Shown here piece by piece: positions 1-11,899 of a stretch of DNA of 64,000 nt; positions within the stretch are counted from its first letter, which is position 1; each line of letters opens with the position of its first letter. Source of the DNA: Octopus sinensis (taxonomy: Eukaryota); contig NC_042998.1 of the NCBI RefSeq assembly GCF_006345805.1, positions 202,864,001 to 202,928,000 of the forward strand. Reading direction: 5' to 3'. The notes below the pieces were generated by a model, which made no database searches, was not told the DNA's origin, and saw nothing but the letters and a program-made list of their open reading frames with translations. A program made the translations under genes and the position numbers.

Positions 1-804
1 ATACATGCAAATATACATATACTTACATACACGCATATACGTGAGGGTGTATGTGCAAGTGTATGAGGCTGTGTGCATTTTGAATAAGTATGAATATGTT
101 AACTGTATACACCTGCGTATGTGCATTGATATATCCGTATGTATATAAATGTGGGCGTGTGCTTGCATATTTATGTGTTTATGTATTTGTGCGTGTATGT
201 GTATGTGTATACATGTTTGTCTATGAGAATGATAAGTAGGATTGTAAACATGGATATGCATATTACTAAAGAACCGTATATGCATTTACGGTTCCATGGT
301 TTTATGTTTTTATGTTTCTATGTTCCCATGTTTCCATATGCTTCGATCGATATTTGTGATCATACAACCATTATACAACAATTATTATACAAATCTTATA
401 CGTGTGATATTTATACATTTATGTATTTTTGAAGCTCTCCAATTTTTATACAATTTTTAATCAATGTCTAAACAATTGTTGAATTCTTTTTCCTTTTTTT
501 TTTTTGTTTTTTTTTTGCTTTTGTATATCTATAAATATTTTATGTTTATGCGTTACACATTTATATACTGATTAAACACTCAACCAGTTTTATGTTCATA
601 TATTTATGTATTTGCTGTAACCGTGTATTTACATATTTGAAATTTAAACATTCATGTATTTAAAATGCATGTATATCGGTTATTCGTGCACTGGTGCACA
701 CATTTACATCTGAGTACATAAGGGATTGCGACTGTATATATTACAGCCTATGTGTGTAAATATGTGCATCAACGTGGAAATATGTATATTCTCTTTTTCT
801 CTTC

Positions 805-999
805 CTCTTTTACTTGTTTCAGTCATTTGACTGCGGCCATGCTGGAGCACCGCCTTTAGTCGAGCAAATCGACCCCGGGACTTATTCTTTCGTAAGCCCA
901 GTACTTATTCTATCGGTCTCTTTTTGCCGAACCGCTAAGTGACGGGGACGTAAACACATCAGCATCGGTTGTCAAGCAATGCTAGGGGGACAAACACAC

Positions 1000-1032
<33 letters not shown>

Positions 1033-1197
1033 CGACAGGCTTCTTTCAGTTTCCGTCTACCAAATCCACTCACAAGGCATTGGTCGGCCCGGGGCTATAG
1101 CAGAAGACACTTGCCCAAGATGCCACGCAGTGGGACTGAACCCGGAACCATGTGGTTGGTTAGCAAGCTACTTACCACACAGCCAATCCTGCGCTTA
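805..1197 (-). mobile_element. tRNA-derived SINE family A (octopus-type), full length
   Basis: Minus strand begins ..gcgcaggattggctgtgtggtaagtagcttgctaaccaaccacatggttccgggttcagtccc (tRNA-like A/B boxes), has an internal CA/TA microsatellite and a ..gaaacaagtaaaagag tail; near-identical copies at 2406, 16057, 41967 and 56111. Confidence 0.9.
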
Positions 1198-1417
1198 TAT
1201 GTATATTTTTTATGTATGTTTCATTTAGTTGTAAATAAGCGTCAATATGCGACTACATATGTGCGTGCACACGCGTGGGGACACATTTGTAGTTGCACAT
1301 TCACGAGTATGAGTGTGGGGGGTTTGTGCATGCATATCTACACGTGTATGTCTCTTTATAGATATGCATATGCATATATGAGGGCATATTGTATTTTATA
1401 TATATAACAACATATAA

Positions 1418-1473
<56 letters not shown>

Positions 1474-1510
1474 GTGTGTGTATGTATATGTATGTGTGTG
1501 TGTGTGTGAA

Positions 1511-1738
1511 AATTAGTTGGTTGTCATGATAAAACTCAGAGTTTCGGATGCCGGTGCTGAAGTCTGCTCCGGCATCTCATCAGTTAATAAGACAAACGCT
1601 ATAGCGTTTGTCTAAATAACTTATGAGATGCCGGAGTAGACTTCAGCCCCGGCTTCTCTTAATAACTCATGATATTCCGAAGCAGACTTCAGCCCCACCA
1701 GCCGAAACTCTGAGTTTTATTATAACAACCAACTAATT
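1511..1738. mobile_element. Short fold-back element made of head-to-head hammerhead-bearing arms (MITE mimic)
   Basis: Termini aattagttggttgtcatgataaaactcagagtttcgg / ccgaaactctgagttttattataacaaccaactaatt; central palindrome agacaaacgctatagcgtttgtct (1590-1613). Confidence 0.8.
1529..1587 (-). ncRNA. Minimal type-I hammerhead ribozyme
   Basis: Minus strand: taa CTGATGA gatgccgg-agcagacttcagca-ccggcatc c GAAA ctc t gag TT tta; 8-bp stem II, near-palindromic stem III, GUU triplet, only 3-bp stem I. Confidence 0.75.
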
Positions 1739-1826
1739 GTCACATATTATATTTATAGATAAATTCCTCTATTTTACATAATGTCGAAGTCTCGTTCATT
1801 CTTTTGTTGTCATATTATTATTATTA

Positions 1827-1861
<35 letters not shown>

Positions 1862-1987
1862 ATTTTTATTTTTATTATTATTATTATTACTATTGATGTT
1901 GTTGTTGTTATTGTTATTATTATTATTGTTGTTGTTATTATTAATATATATGTATATCAAAATTGAGAGAGTGGAGCAGGTAAAGAC

Positions 1988-2075
1988 CAGGCTACATATG
2001 TTTCCTAGCTTGCAGATCCTCGTAATTAATAATTATTCAACGAGGGATACTCCGCTAGCTACTCATCAGGTCGAA
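1988..2075 (-). ncRNA. Hammerhead-like motif (core intact, stem I degraded) in a PLE-like 3' end (about 1965-2395)
   Basis: Minus strand: CTGATGA g tagc..cctcgt/acgagg..gcta g GAAA CATATG TA; palindrome ACATATGT, GUA triplet; stem I barely pairs. Confidence 0.6.
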
Positions 2076-2405
2076 GATGCCTTGGTTATATGGAAGTTAC
2101 ATCGTCGTCAAGGAATCCCACTTTAACTCGCTGGAGATACAATTCAAATTGAACGGTGAAGCCGGAAGGACGAAGTAAAAAAAAAATGACATAGAAAAAC
2201 AAATGTATGAAGAAATGAAATGGTCAGTAAAGGAAAAGAAGGAAGAGGTCAAAAATCTGGGAGTGAGCAATTGTCTAAATTTGTTAAGAATAAAGAAAAG
2301 AATAGGGAGAAAAAGAAGGGCGGAATTTAGGTTAGATTGTAGCTGACTTTAGGGGAAAATCGTTGTGGATATTAAACAGGGGTGCATATGTATGTGTGTA
2401 TATAC

Positions 2406-2812
2406 TTTTTACTCTTTTACTCTTTTACTTGTTTCAGTCATTTGACTGCGGCCATGCTGGAGCACTGCCTTTAGTCGAGCAAATCCACCCCGGGACTTAT
2501 TCTTTGTAAGTCCAGTACTTATTCTATCGGTCTCATTTTGCCGAACCGCTAAGTGACGGGCACGTAAACACACCAGCATCGGTTGTCAAGCAATGCCAGG
2601 GGGGCAAACACAGACACACAAACACACACATATATATACATATATACAACAGGCTTCTTTCAGTTTCCGTCTACCAAATCCACTCACAAGGCATTGATCA
2701 GCCCGGGGCTATAGCAGAAGACACTTGCCCAAGATGCCACGCAGTGGGACTGAACCCGCAACCATGTGGTTGGTAAGCAAGCTACTTACCACATTGTCAC
2801 TCCTGCGCCTAT
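2406..2812 (-). mobile_element. SINE family A, full length
   Basis: Aligns by eye along its length to 805-1197. Confidence 0.9.
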
Positions 2813-3497
2813 GTATGTATATTCAGTAATAATTTTGTATTCGAGTAGACACCAAGCAGTATGCTGTTTACAGTCCGTCTACAGTATTCGGCTACATGAT
2901 GTCAACAGTAGTATGGAGGTATATGGCACTAGATTTACTTGAAGAATTCCGTTGCGTCCGTAAAGTCTATATATAAAGATAAGAGACAAAAAGTGGAATT
3001 TTCGAGACTCTGTATTCACAGCGACTATGAGCTTCTCGACTCATCCTGCATCCGTACCTTACAGGTGAGACGCTGAACTATCAATTTTTATGCAGTATAG
3101 ATGCAGATGCGTCTCCTCTAGTAACTTTTCAAAAACTACCTCGATTTTCATTTACCGTTTCGCTTATTTCTATAACAATACGTTTTAGCTAGTGTTAGCA
3201 TTCCATCCGTCTCTTTAATGAACTGAGATGAAATGAAAGAATGTCTCTCACATAAGCAATAAACCCATAAAAGTATCTAACAAAGTATAAAAGGATAAAA
3301 GAATAAGGAATCAAAACATGAAATGAATGAACATAAGATGGAATATACCAATAAGACACTGTCAAAGAAAAACATAAAATATACGTGAGATCAGAAAAGA
3401 ACAAAAAAAAACAACTATCGGACATTTCTAAATAAGTTAGCATACATATGTGTGTTTGTGTGTATTATAAACATACATGCGCACACACACACACATA

Positions 3498-3570
<73 letters not shown>

Positions 3571-3595
3571 TATATATGTATATATATATATATAT

Positions 3596-4319
3596 TTAAT
3601 CAATATAGGGTGGCAAAAAATTTCGTAGAATTTATTTGCCACCAGCGGCCTAGTGGGAAAAATTAAATAGTCATAGACCATTTATAAGTTCAACATCACA
3701 ATCAAGGAATGGCCATAATAGGCCATTCACCCACTAGAAATAACAGCCAAGCTTCAACCGCAAAATAACATTAATTCCGCAAACCAGGAGAAGTTATTTC
3801 TAGTGGGTGAATGGCCTATTATGGCCATTCTTGATTGTGATGTTGAACTTATAAATGGTCTATGACTATTTAATTTTTTCCACTAGACCGCTGATGGCAA
3901 ATAAATTCTACGAAATTTTTTGCCACCCTATATTGATTAATTATGAATTTTCTGGTTAATTCCGTAATGGAATCGGCGGCTTATATTTGCTGCCGATAAA
4001 TTTGGCGCGAGTGCGATGATTTGAAAATTTTAGGTCAGATATTGCCGAGGCAGGGATAGAGATGCCTCGTGATAATATCTGCTCGGACCTGGCTGTTTCT
4101 TACTGACGAATCTATCGGCCTATGGAAGATTGGCTTGATTTAATTTAATCAGGTTAGTTTACCATTAAACAATAGATGAAACGGTGCATCGTATAAGAAA
4201 TTACAGGGTAAATGTTTTTTTAATTTTCTCCTGGTTTGCGGAATTAATGTTATTTTGCGGTTGAAGCTTTGGCTGTTATTTCTAGTGGGTGAATGGCCTA
4301 TTATGGCCATTCCTTGATT

Positions 4320-4324
<5 letters not shown>
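3596..4324 (+). mobile_element. Non-autonomous HHR-bearing PLE/retrozyme-like element with 5' inversion, within (TA)n
   Basis: Inverted arms 3596-3744 / 3793-3940; 4226-4324 is the reverse complement of about 3696-3792; direct repeat 3793 vs 4275; TA arrays on both sides; HHR at 4096. Confidence 0.8.
4096..4200 (+). ncRNA. Type-I hammerhead ribozyme, intact core
   Basis: tttctta CTGACGA atctat..atagat GAAA cggtgcatcg TA taagaaa: 7-bp stem I, 6-bp stem II, near-palindromic stem III (ACGGTGCATCGT), GUA triplet, predicted cut after 4193. Confidence 0.88.
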
Positions 4325-4377
<53 letters not shown>

Positions 4378-4385
4378 TATGCATG

Positions 4386-4434
<49 letters not shown>

Positions 4435-4538
4435 CAAATATATGCATATATATACATATATATATATACATTATTTATATATACACATATATATGCATAT
4501 ATATACATATATATAGATAGATAGACAGACAGACAGAC

Positions 4539-4634
<96 letters not shown>

Positions 4635-4731
4635 AATCCCCAAAAGAAAAGACACACATGAAAAAACAACAGCGGGAGGACGTAGTACATGTTAAATATC
4701 AGCAGATGCTCAGGAAAGGAGAGCTAGATGG

Positions 4732-4764
4732 TTTAACGTTTCGAACAAAGTGCTTCTTCAGAAA
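4732..4764 (-). ncRNA. Minimal hammerhead motif (weak stems)
   Basis: Minus strand: ttt CTGAAGA a gcac ttt gttc GAAA CG TT aaa; palindrome AACGTT, GUU triplet. Confidence 0.6.
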
Positions 4765-4899
4765 AAGAGGTAAGTCCAAAAGGAGGGAAGACGGAGGAAG
4801 AAAATCGCAAAAGATTCACATGTGGTTACATTTTCAAATGACCGGAAGGGATGGGTGAAGAAAAAGTTCTTTCGGAGACAGGGGAGTGTAAGAGAAGAA

Positions 4900-5975
4900 G
4901 GTATGTGTGTGGATGTGTGGGTATGTGCGTGCACGCATGTCTGTGTGTGTGTATGCGTGTTACACGTGTGTGTGCGTATGTGTGTGTATGTGTTGTGTGT
5001 GCGTGTGTGTGTGAGCTTTTGGCTGTTTATATGTGTATGTGTGAGTGAACATTTTGTCACTTAATGTCATAGGAAGAATTTATAGTAGGAGTGGCTGTCT
5101 TTTGTGTAGTGTGTCCCTTCGAATGTTTGTAGGAGAATGGTCAGTAGAAAGGCGTTTAGCGGGTAGTTTGAAGTATGTGCAGGTGCGTGTATGTATATGT
5201 ACGTGTGTATATGTGTTTGCGTGTGTGTGTATGTGCGTGTGTGTGTATGTGCGTGTGTACATATGTGTGTGCATGTATGTGCGTTAGTATATGTGTATGT
5301 GCGTGCGTGTGTATATGTATTTGTGAACGTGAAGATGTGTGTCGAGTTCTGTGTGTTTTGTTGCGTGTATGCGCGTGTGTCTGCGCATGTGTGTGTATAT
5401 GTGTCTGGTTGCGTGTACGTATGTACGTTTATGTGTGCGTGTGTGTGTGTGTGAGTCTGCGTGTGTGTGAGGCTTTGTGCGTTAGGTATGTGTGCATTCC
5501 TGTGCGTGTGTAAGTGTGTGCATATATGTGTGCGTTTGTGTACATGTGTGAGCGCGCATGTATGTGTGTGACGTGTGTGTGCGTGTTGTGTGTGTGGTGT
5601 GTGGGAGGTGTATGTGTAGTATATATGCACTGATGTATGTGCGACTGGGTGTATGTAGGTGTGTGTGTATGTATGCGCGTGTGTGTGCATTTGTGTGTGT
5701 GCATATGAGTGTATGAGCGTGTATGTGAGTGTTTGTATGGGGGTGTGCTTTGTGGAGGTTTATGTGCGTTTCTGTGTGCGTGAGTGTGTGTTTGTGCGCG
5801 TATGTGCGTGTGTATGTACGTGTCTGCATGTGTGTGTAGATGTATGTGTGTGTGTGTGCATGTACGCGTGTTGTATGTGTGTGGTGTGTGTGGGAGGTAC
5901 ATGTGCGTTCATGTGTGTGCGAGGATGAGTGTACTTTTTCGTGTGTGTATATGTACGTGTGTGTGTGTGCGTGTT
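4900..5975. repeat. Degenerate (TG)n/(TGTA)n microsatellite
   Basis: About 1.1 kb of alternating purine/pyrimidine sequence; source of the His/Thr and Cys/Val ORFs. Confidence 0.95.
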
Positions 5976-6121
5976 ATAGAAATAACATGAAATATAAGTT
6001 ATAATAAAAAAAGGTTGATAGGGGATAAAAAACAAGTTAATATAATAGAAAATAGCGTAATTAAAATACATAACAAAATAAAGTTACTTTGTTTAAGGTG
6101 GTTGTAGAAACAGTCCTTAGA

Positions 6122-6408
6122 AAAATCGGGGGTTGTGTTTAGTCCGAAAGGTATAGTGGTCGTAGATTAAAAAATACAATGCTGTTCCAGGCGAAGTCGA
6201 GACTGTGTGGATCCGAGGTGCAGAGCAAGGCCAAAGACGGAGATGTTAGAGGGAGAGTGGTTGGCCAAGCGAAAGTAACAAGCAACGGGGGTGTTCGAAC
6301 GTAGCCGAAAATCCCTTAGATGTTCGGTGTGAAAAGGTCGGCCAGCCGGCGGCCCGTCTGACCTACATATAGTTTACCTCAGAAATTGCATCTAATACAA
6401 TATATATA
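6122..6408 (-). pseudogene. Penelope-type GIY-YIG endonuclease fragment
   Basis: Manual translation: IYCIRCNF*GKLYVGQTGRRLAD / EHLRDFRLRSNTPVACYFRLANHSPSNISVFGLALHLGSTQSRLRLEQHCIF*STTTIPFGLN; matches the PLE endonuclease pattern IYCI.C..C...YIG.T.R.L..R..EH...P.GLN; two stops and a frameshift. Confidence 0.85.
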
Positions 6409-6454
6409 TTTACATGGCTGAAACGAATACAAGAAATAAAAATAGAAGATACAT

Positions 6455-6511
<57 letters not shown>

Positions 6512-6512
6512 C

Positions 6513-6564
<52 letters not shown>

Positions 6565-6565
<1 letters not shown>

Positions 6566-7105
6566 TCTTGGAGTGTCGCCACAATTGTAGAGACTTTGGG
6601 CAATTCTAGGGCATTCGTTCGGGATATGGACAAAGGTTTCATCCACTCTATTGCAGATACGATACAGCGGAGACATTTACTCATTCCTAAGTTGACCCTC
6701 CAGTTCGTGGCTAAAGCTTGATCTTGCGCTGCCAGTACAGTGCTCTCGGTCTCTTTTTTTAGGGTTCCTTTCTTCAGCCAATCTCACCTATTTTTACCAG
6801 CAACTTCTGTTGTGGCTACATGGTATTGATTGTGTAGTACCTTCTTTCGTAATTCTTCATGTCCTTTTTATACTTCTTCCTTTGTTTTCCCTTTTTTTCT
6901 GCTCTCAATCCTCCCTCGTTCCTAACTGTCACTAGCAAGGTTTCCTTACTTTGGGCTAGGTCTCTCATTAAGCTCTCGAGTTCGATACGCACGCAATCAT
7001 CCACACTTATCAGTCCCCTTCCTCCATTTGCTCTCTTCATGTGTAGGCAATCAGTATCTAACGTGGATGATGTGTTCCGTGCATCATTAGAAGCTTTCTT
7101 GACTT
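6565..7105 (-). pseudogene. R4/Dong-type (RLE) non-LTR retrotransposon fragment
   Basis: RKLLMMHGTHHPR..MKRANGGRGLISVDDCVRIE and SPLYRICNRVDETFVHIPNECPRIAQ (decayed CCHC knuckle); 5' truncation abuts (AAT)n. Confidence 0.8.
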
Positions 7106-7139
7106 ATTATTACTATTATTAGTGTGCACACGCGTGTGT

Positions 7140-7353
7140 GTGTAATGGATAAAGTTCCTTCCCGAATCATATAGACGCATGAGGCTGGTTTCCTTGTTAC
7201 TGTAACATACAAATTCCCACCTGGATGGGGTGGAGGATTTCTGACTTTAGCCTACTGGTGAATGGTGAAACGTGAAATAAAGTGTGTTGTCCAATAATTG
7301 AAACCACAATCTTACCATCTTGAGTCCAACACCCTAACCACTAAACCACGCAC
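7140..7353 (-). mobile_element. Old tRNA-derived SINE
   Basis: Minus strand head gtgcgtggtttagtggttagggtgttggactc..gtggtttcaat resembles tRNA A/B boxes. Confidence 0.5.
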
Positions 7354-8095
7354 ATTCTCTTGTGTATGTGTGGGGGGGTTGGTGGAGAGAGAGAAATATA
7401 GATACATTCATTCATACTGTATGATTACCGAATTCAGTGATTTAAACCTCCGTGAAAGTTTCTTTAACTCTCTTCGACGTCAAAACCATATAGAACACGA
7501 ATTTTATCTGAAAGAAGTGTGTGTTACTTCACATATTGGTATTTCAAAAAATATATATCACAGATACACCAACACAATGCGAACATTAAAAAGTCCAGTA
7601 TTATCGAAGTATATAAGTTTAAACCACATATAGGCCTTTGTGTCCAATGAAAGATTGTTGATACACCATAACTTCTCAGCTGCATGGAAAATATATATCA
7701 GTGGCTTCTGTTGCACAGCAGGCTAATAGGTGTATGTTATAAGCATAGACATATAGCGAATACGCACCTACAAACAAGCACACACACACATATATCTTTA
7801 TATACGTTTATAGATATATAGGGGAAGATACATGCATACGTATACACACACTTCCATCGCGCATACGTTTATGAGCGTACGTGTCTGTGAGGGGGTGTAT
7901 TGTGGTTCTTTATAATTCTGTAACATGGCTTCATGCTGGTACTCAGAGCAGTGTATATATGTGTGTATGTATATATGTGTGTGCGTTTGTTATATCATAT
8001 ACATCATATTATCTATATTCTATACTTAAATGTATATAGTTATATGTATATATGAGTATGCATATATTATATATGTGTTATATATATATATATGT

Positions 8096-8158
<63 letters not shown>

Positions 8159-8269
8159 CATATCTCCTACTATATGCACATATATATATACCACACATTC
8201 ATATATATATATAAAGCTATATATTCATACAGATATATATATAAATATAAATGTGTGTATATATGTGTG

Positions 8270-8312
<43 letters not shown>

Positions 8313-8463
8313 ATATATACATACATATATACATACATTTATAAGTATATGACTATATGTCTATATACGTATATACATATATATACATGCACACATATAT
8401 ATATATGTATACATGTGTGTACGTATGTGTGTGTGTTTCTGTGTGTATGTATATATGTATATA

Positions 8464-8537
<74 letters not shown>

Positions 8538-9129
8538 ACTTTGCCTTTTATCTATGCAGGAATCATTAAGTAATTCGTATCGGTTCTACATCGTTGGTCT
8601 TTGGCTGATAGAATTGGTTAAAACAATATCGTGGTGTGAGCGCTTCGCTATCAGAGCACACATGGGATCTCTGTTGTAAGCTAACGAAATACAATTTCAA
8701 TGATCACAATGATTGCAGCCATGAATTGTATCACTTCATAACGATGGTGGTATTGTTATTGGTGGCGGAGGGGTTTGTTGCTATACCCAGCCTCAGCCCT
8801 GGGCGATCAGACCTAGGATCGAAGTCACTTCATTTATGATCATATGCCCTTTTTATTAGGTTTGTTTTTTTTTGTTTGTTTGTTTGGGGTTTTTTTTTCA
8901 ACATATCTAACAACAGAATGTAATTTGAGGGTGGTATAGCTTTTTATTCTAGCAAGATGAGAGATCACAAATAGCTCCGTTACTGGCTCAAAGGCTGCTG
9001 CTGCTGTTGCTATTGCTAATTTTGCTGCTGTTGCTATTGCTAATTTTGCTGCTGTTGATTTCAAATGTTGGCACAGAACTAGAAATCTCGGGATAGAGGT
9101 TAAGTTGATTATATCGAACTCCGGGCTCA

Positions 9130-9400
9130 ACCGGTTCATCCCTGGTGTGGCAAAGAGTTTCTTTGGTCTCTCATTCAACTGCACCCCACACATAATAATC
9201 AAGAGGGATGCAGCCTGAGGAGTTATGTGGGAAGATGTTAGGGGTGGTGTGGTGGCAGAAATTGTCTGACAGCTATGACTGGGTTCGCCTGCTTGTGTGG
9301 CATGGTGCAGAGTCTTGTTGCCAGACATAGAATCTTCCAGCAGCCACCTCTTGACCCAGGGCAGAACTACCTCGTCTAGGTACTTGATGTAGCACTGAGG
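9130..9400 (-). pseudogene. maT/DD37D-like (Tc1/mariner) transposase fragment
   Basis: YIKYLDEVVLPWVKR/VAAGRFYVWQQDSAPCHTSRRTQS*LSDNFCHHTTPNIFPHNSSGCIPLDYYVWGAVE. Confidence 0.8.
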
Positions 9401-9485
9401 AACTTCTGGTTGTTGATTTATCCTTATCAGCCTGATTGTTCACAGGTGTGGGAGATCCATTCTTTTCAACATCTTGGTTATTGTC

Positions 9486-9530
9486 AACACAACATTTCTG
9501 CTGATATACCTCCAGCCTTCATCAGGTGTC
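9486..9530 (-). ncRNA. Minimal type-I hammerhead ribozyme, intact core
   Basis: Minus strand: gacac CTGATGA ag gctg gaggtatat cagc a GAAA TG TT gtgtt; GUU triplet. Confidence 0.78.
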
Positions 9531-9655
9531 TTGGGGAAATTTCGAACCTGGGTTCTCATTCCTAAGGTATGCATTCACACACGCCCACGCATGTATACAT
9601 GTATATATTTACATATACACACATATATATTTATAAATATATATTTATGCATATA

Positions 9656-10874
9656 CATTGGGATGGCAAGAAAGTAGTTTCGTTTTTCGCAAATAGAGTT
9701 ACAATTTTTTTGAATGACTTTTATCTATGTGAGGATTTTTTTCCTTTTGACATTTTATCGTGGTTTCCTTTAGCTTACTTTAGAAGCAAATTGCACGTAA
9801 TGTTGTTTACAGTCGTTAGTTCGGTGTCGATTTTCACTTGCTGTGCAAAAACGAACATTTTCGCCATATTTTGCTTTTTTATTTCCGTAAAGGCAAGAAA
9901 GTTGCTGAGGCTCACAAAGAGATATGTGAAGTTTATGGCATTGATTGCTGAACAGAACGCACACGTCAGAAATGGTTTTACATATTCCGTTCTGAAGATC
10001 TTTCACTCAAAAATGACCAAAGTTCTGGTCGACCTACTGAAGTTGATGATGTCAGAATCGAAGCCATAATTGAATCTGATTGTTATATAATTGTGCGAGA
10101 GATTGCAGAGAGGTTAAATGTATCATTAAGAATCTCGATACTTGGGGTCCACATAAATTGAAACAGATTCACTTAGCACATCGAATCAATATTTGCGATA
10201 CGCATCTCAAATGAAATGAAAGCGACCTTTTTGTAAGCGAATCATCACTGGTGTTGGAATGTGGATTGTCTACAATAACATCAATCGAAAGCGATCATGG
10301 TTCAAGCGAAATGAACCAGCAAAAACCACAGCGAAAGCTGAATTGCATCAAAAAGAAGTCATGCTGTCAATTTGGTGGGATTCCAAGGAACCAAACGATC
10401 AATTAAAATGTTTACTGTCAACAACTAATGAAACTGGAGGAAGCAATCAAAGAAAAACGACCATAATTGGTATATCGTAAAGGAATCGTCTTCCACCATG
10501 ACAACGCTAGGCCACACACGTCTTTGCTAACTCGTGAAAAATTATTGGTGCTTGGTTTGGAGGTGGTGTCACATCCACCATATAGCCTTGAAATTGCACC
10601 ATCAGATTACCATTTATTTCGAAGTTTACAAAGTTCTTGAATGGTAAAACTTCCAATAATAATGATGACTTGAAATCGCACTTGCTTCAGTTTTTGCCTG
10701 ATAAGGACCAGACGTTTTCTGAACGCACAACCATGAAGTTGTCAGAATGATGGCAGAAGGTCATCGAACAAAACAGAAATATATACAATTGATTAAAGTT
10801 CATTCTTTGTGTGAAGAAAAAATGACTTTTATTTCACACTAAAAAACTGAAATTACTTTCTTGCCAACCCAATA
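9656..10874 (+). mobile_element. Decayed full-length mariner (DD34D; mellifera/mauritiana-like)
   Basis: TIRs cattgggatggcaagaaagtagtttc / gaaattactttcttgccaacccaata with TA flanks; fragments WIVYNNINRKRSW..KEVMLSIWWDSK, FHHDNARPH, HPPYSLEIAPSDYHLFRSL; many stops and frameshifts. Confidence 0.92.
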
Positions 10875-10959
10875 TACACACGCGCACACACACACACACA
10901 CACATACACACACACACAGAGAAAAGAGCAGTCAACTATTCATAACTGTTTTTCTCTAG

Positions 10960-10999
10960 ATTTCCTGAAGAAAGGGTCCTAACTCTGAAATATTGAAAT
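10960..10999 (+). ncRNA. Minimal type-I hammerhead ribozyme
   Basis: atttc CTGAAGA a aggg tcctaa ctct GAAA TA TT gaaat; perfect 5-bp stem I, palindrome AATATT, AUU triplet. Confidence 0.72.
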
Positions 11000-11151
11000 A
11001 CTAATTAACATCGACAATAGTTTAATTTTTTAATTTGCATTTAGAAATATATACATACCATATACTATATACAATATATATACATATACATATATATATA
11101 TGTGTGTGTATATACATATATATATATATGTGTGTGTGTAATATATTTATA

Positions 11152-11217
<66 letters not shown>

Positions 11218-11899
11218 CATATGCATATACATATAGATAAGTGGTGTGTGTATGTGTATATCAATACGTTTCTAAATTTTGTCTTCTTATCTCGGTGGCA
11301 GTCTAATATGTCTTTATCTCTTTTTGCGTTAAGCTTGGTCTTTTCCCGTTTTCTGACATATTTTTTTGTTTTCCCTGACGCTGTCAGCATCTCTATCTCT
11401 TTCTTTCTTTCTTTCTTTCTCTGTCTCTCACTCTCTCTCACTCTCTCTCTCTCACTCTCTCTTCGTCTTTCTCTCTTTGTCTCTTTCTCTTTATCCCTCT
11501 TTCTCCTGTCCTTCTGATTTTGTCTCTATGTGTCTCTCTCTCTTTCTCTCTCTCTCCATCTTTTTCTCCTCTCTCTCTCACTGTTCCTGCCCTCCTACAT
11601 ATTCACATTCTCTTCTTTCGTTTCTACTATACACTAACAAACTCTATTCTTTGATTTATAAAGAACATTGCCTGTTTGGTTACACTCCATGACTTGCTGA
11701 TTTTTAAAGCATATTATGTACATAAAACATCGACTTACTCAACTTCAAATGACAGCAGCAACAACAACAAAAACAACAACAGTAACAACAACAACAACAA
11801 TAACAGCAATAATAAATACGCCGACAACTACAAGAGAAACATGAACAACGTCAAATGTAACAGATACAACAAAGACAATAACACCATTTATAATAATGA

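Larger units (their letters stand above)
4640..6420 (-). mobile_element. 3' remnant of a Penelope-like retroelement (GIY-YIG fragment, CA-rich 3' UTR, HHR)
   Basis: Endonuclease fragment at 6122-6408, then a pyrimidine/CA-rich tract, then an HHR at 4732-4764, all on the minus strand; continuity across the 1-kb microsatellite is inferred. Confidence 0.6.

Noticed and set aside
979-1407. Recurrent peptide RQASFSFRLPNPLTRHWSARGYSRRHLPKMPRSGTEPGTMW (also at 12304, 16379, 42139)
   Set aside because: Antisense read-through of SINE family A, not a gene family.
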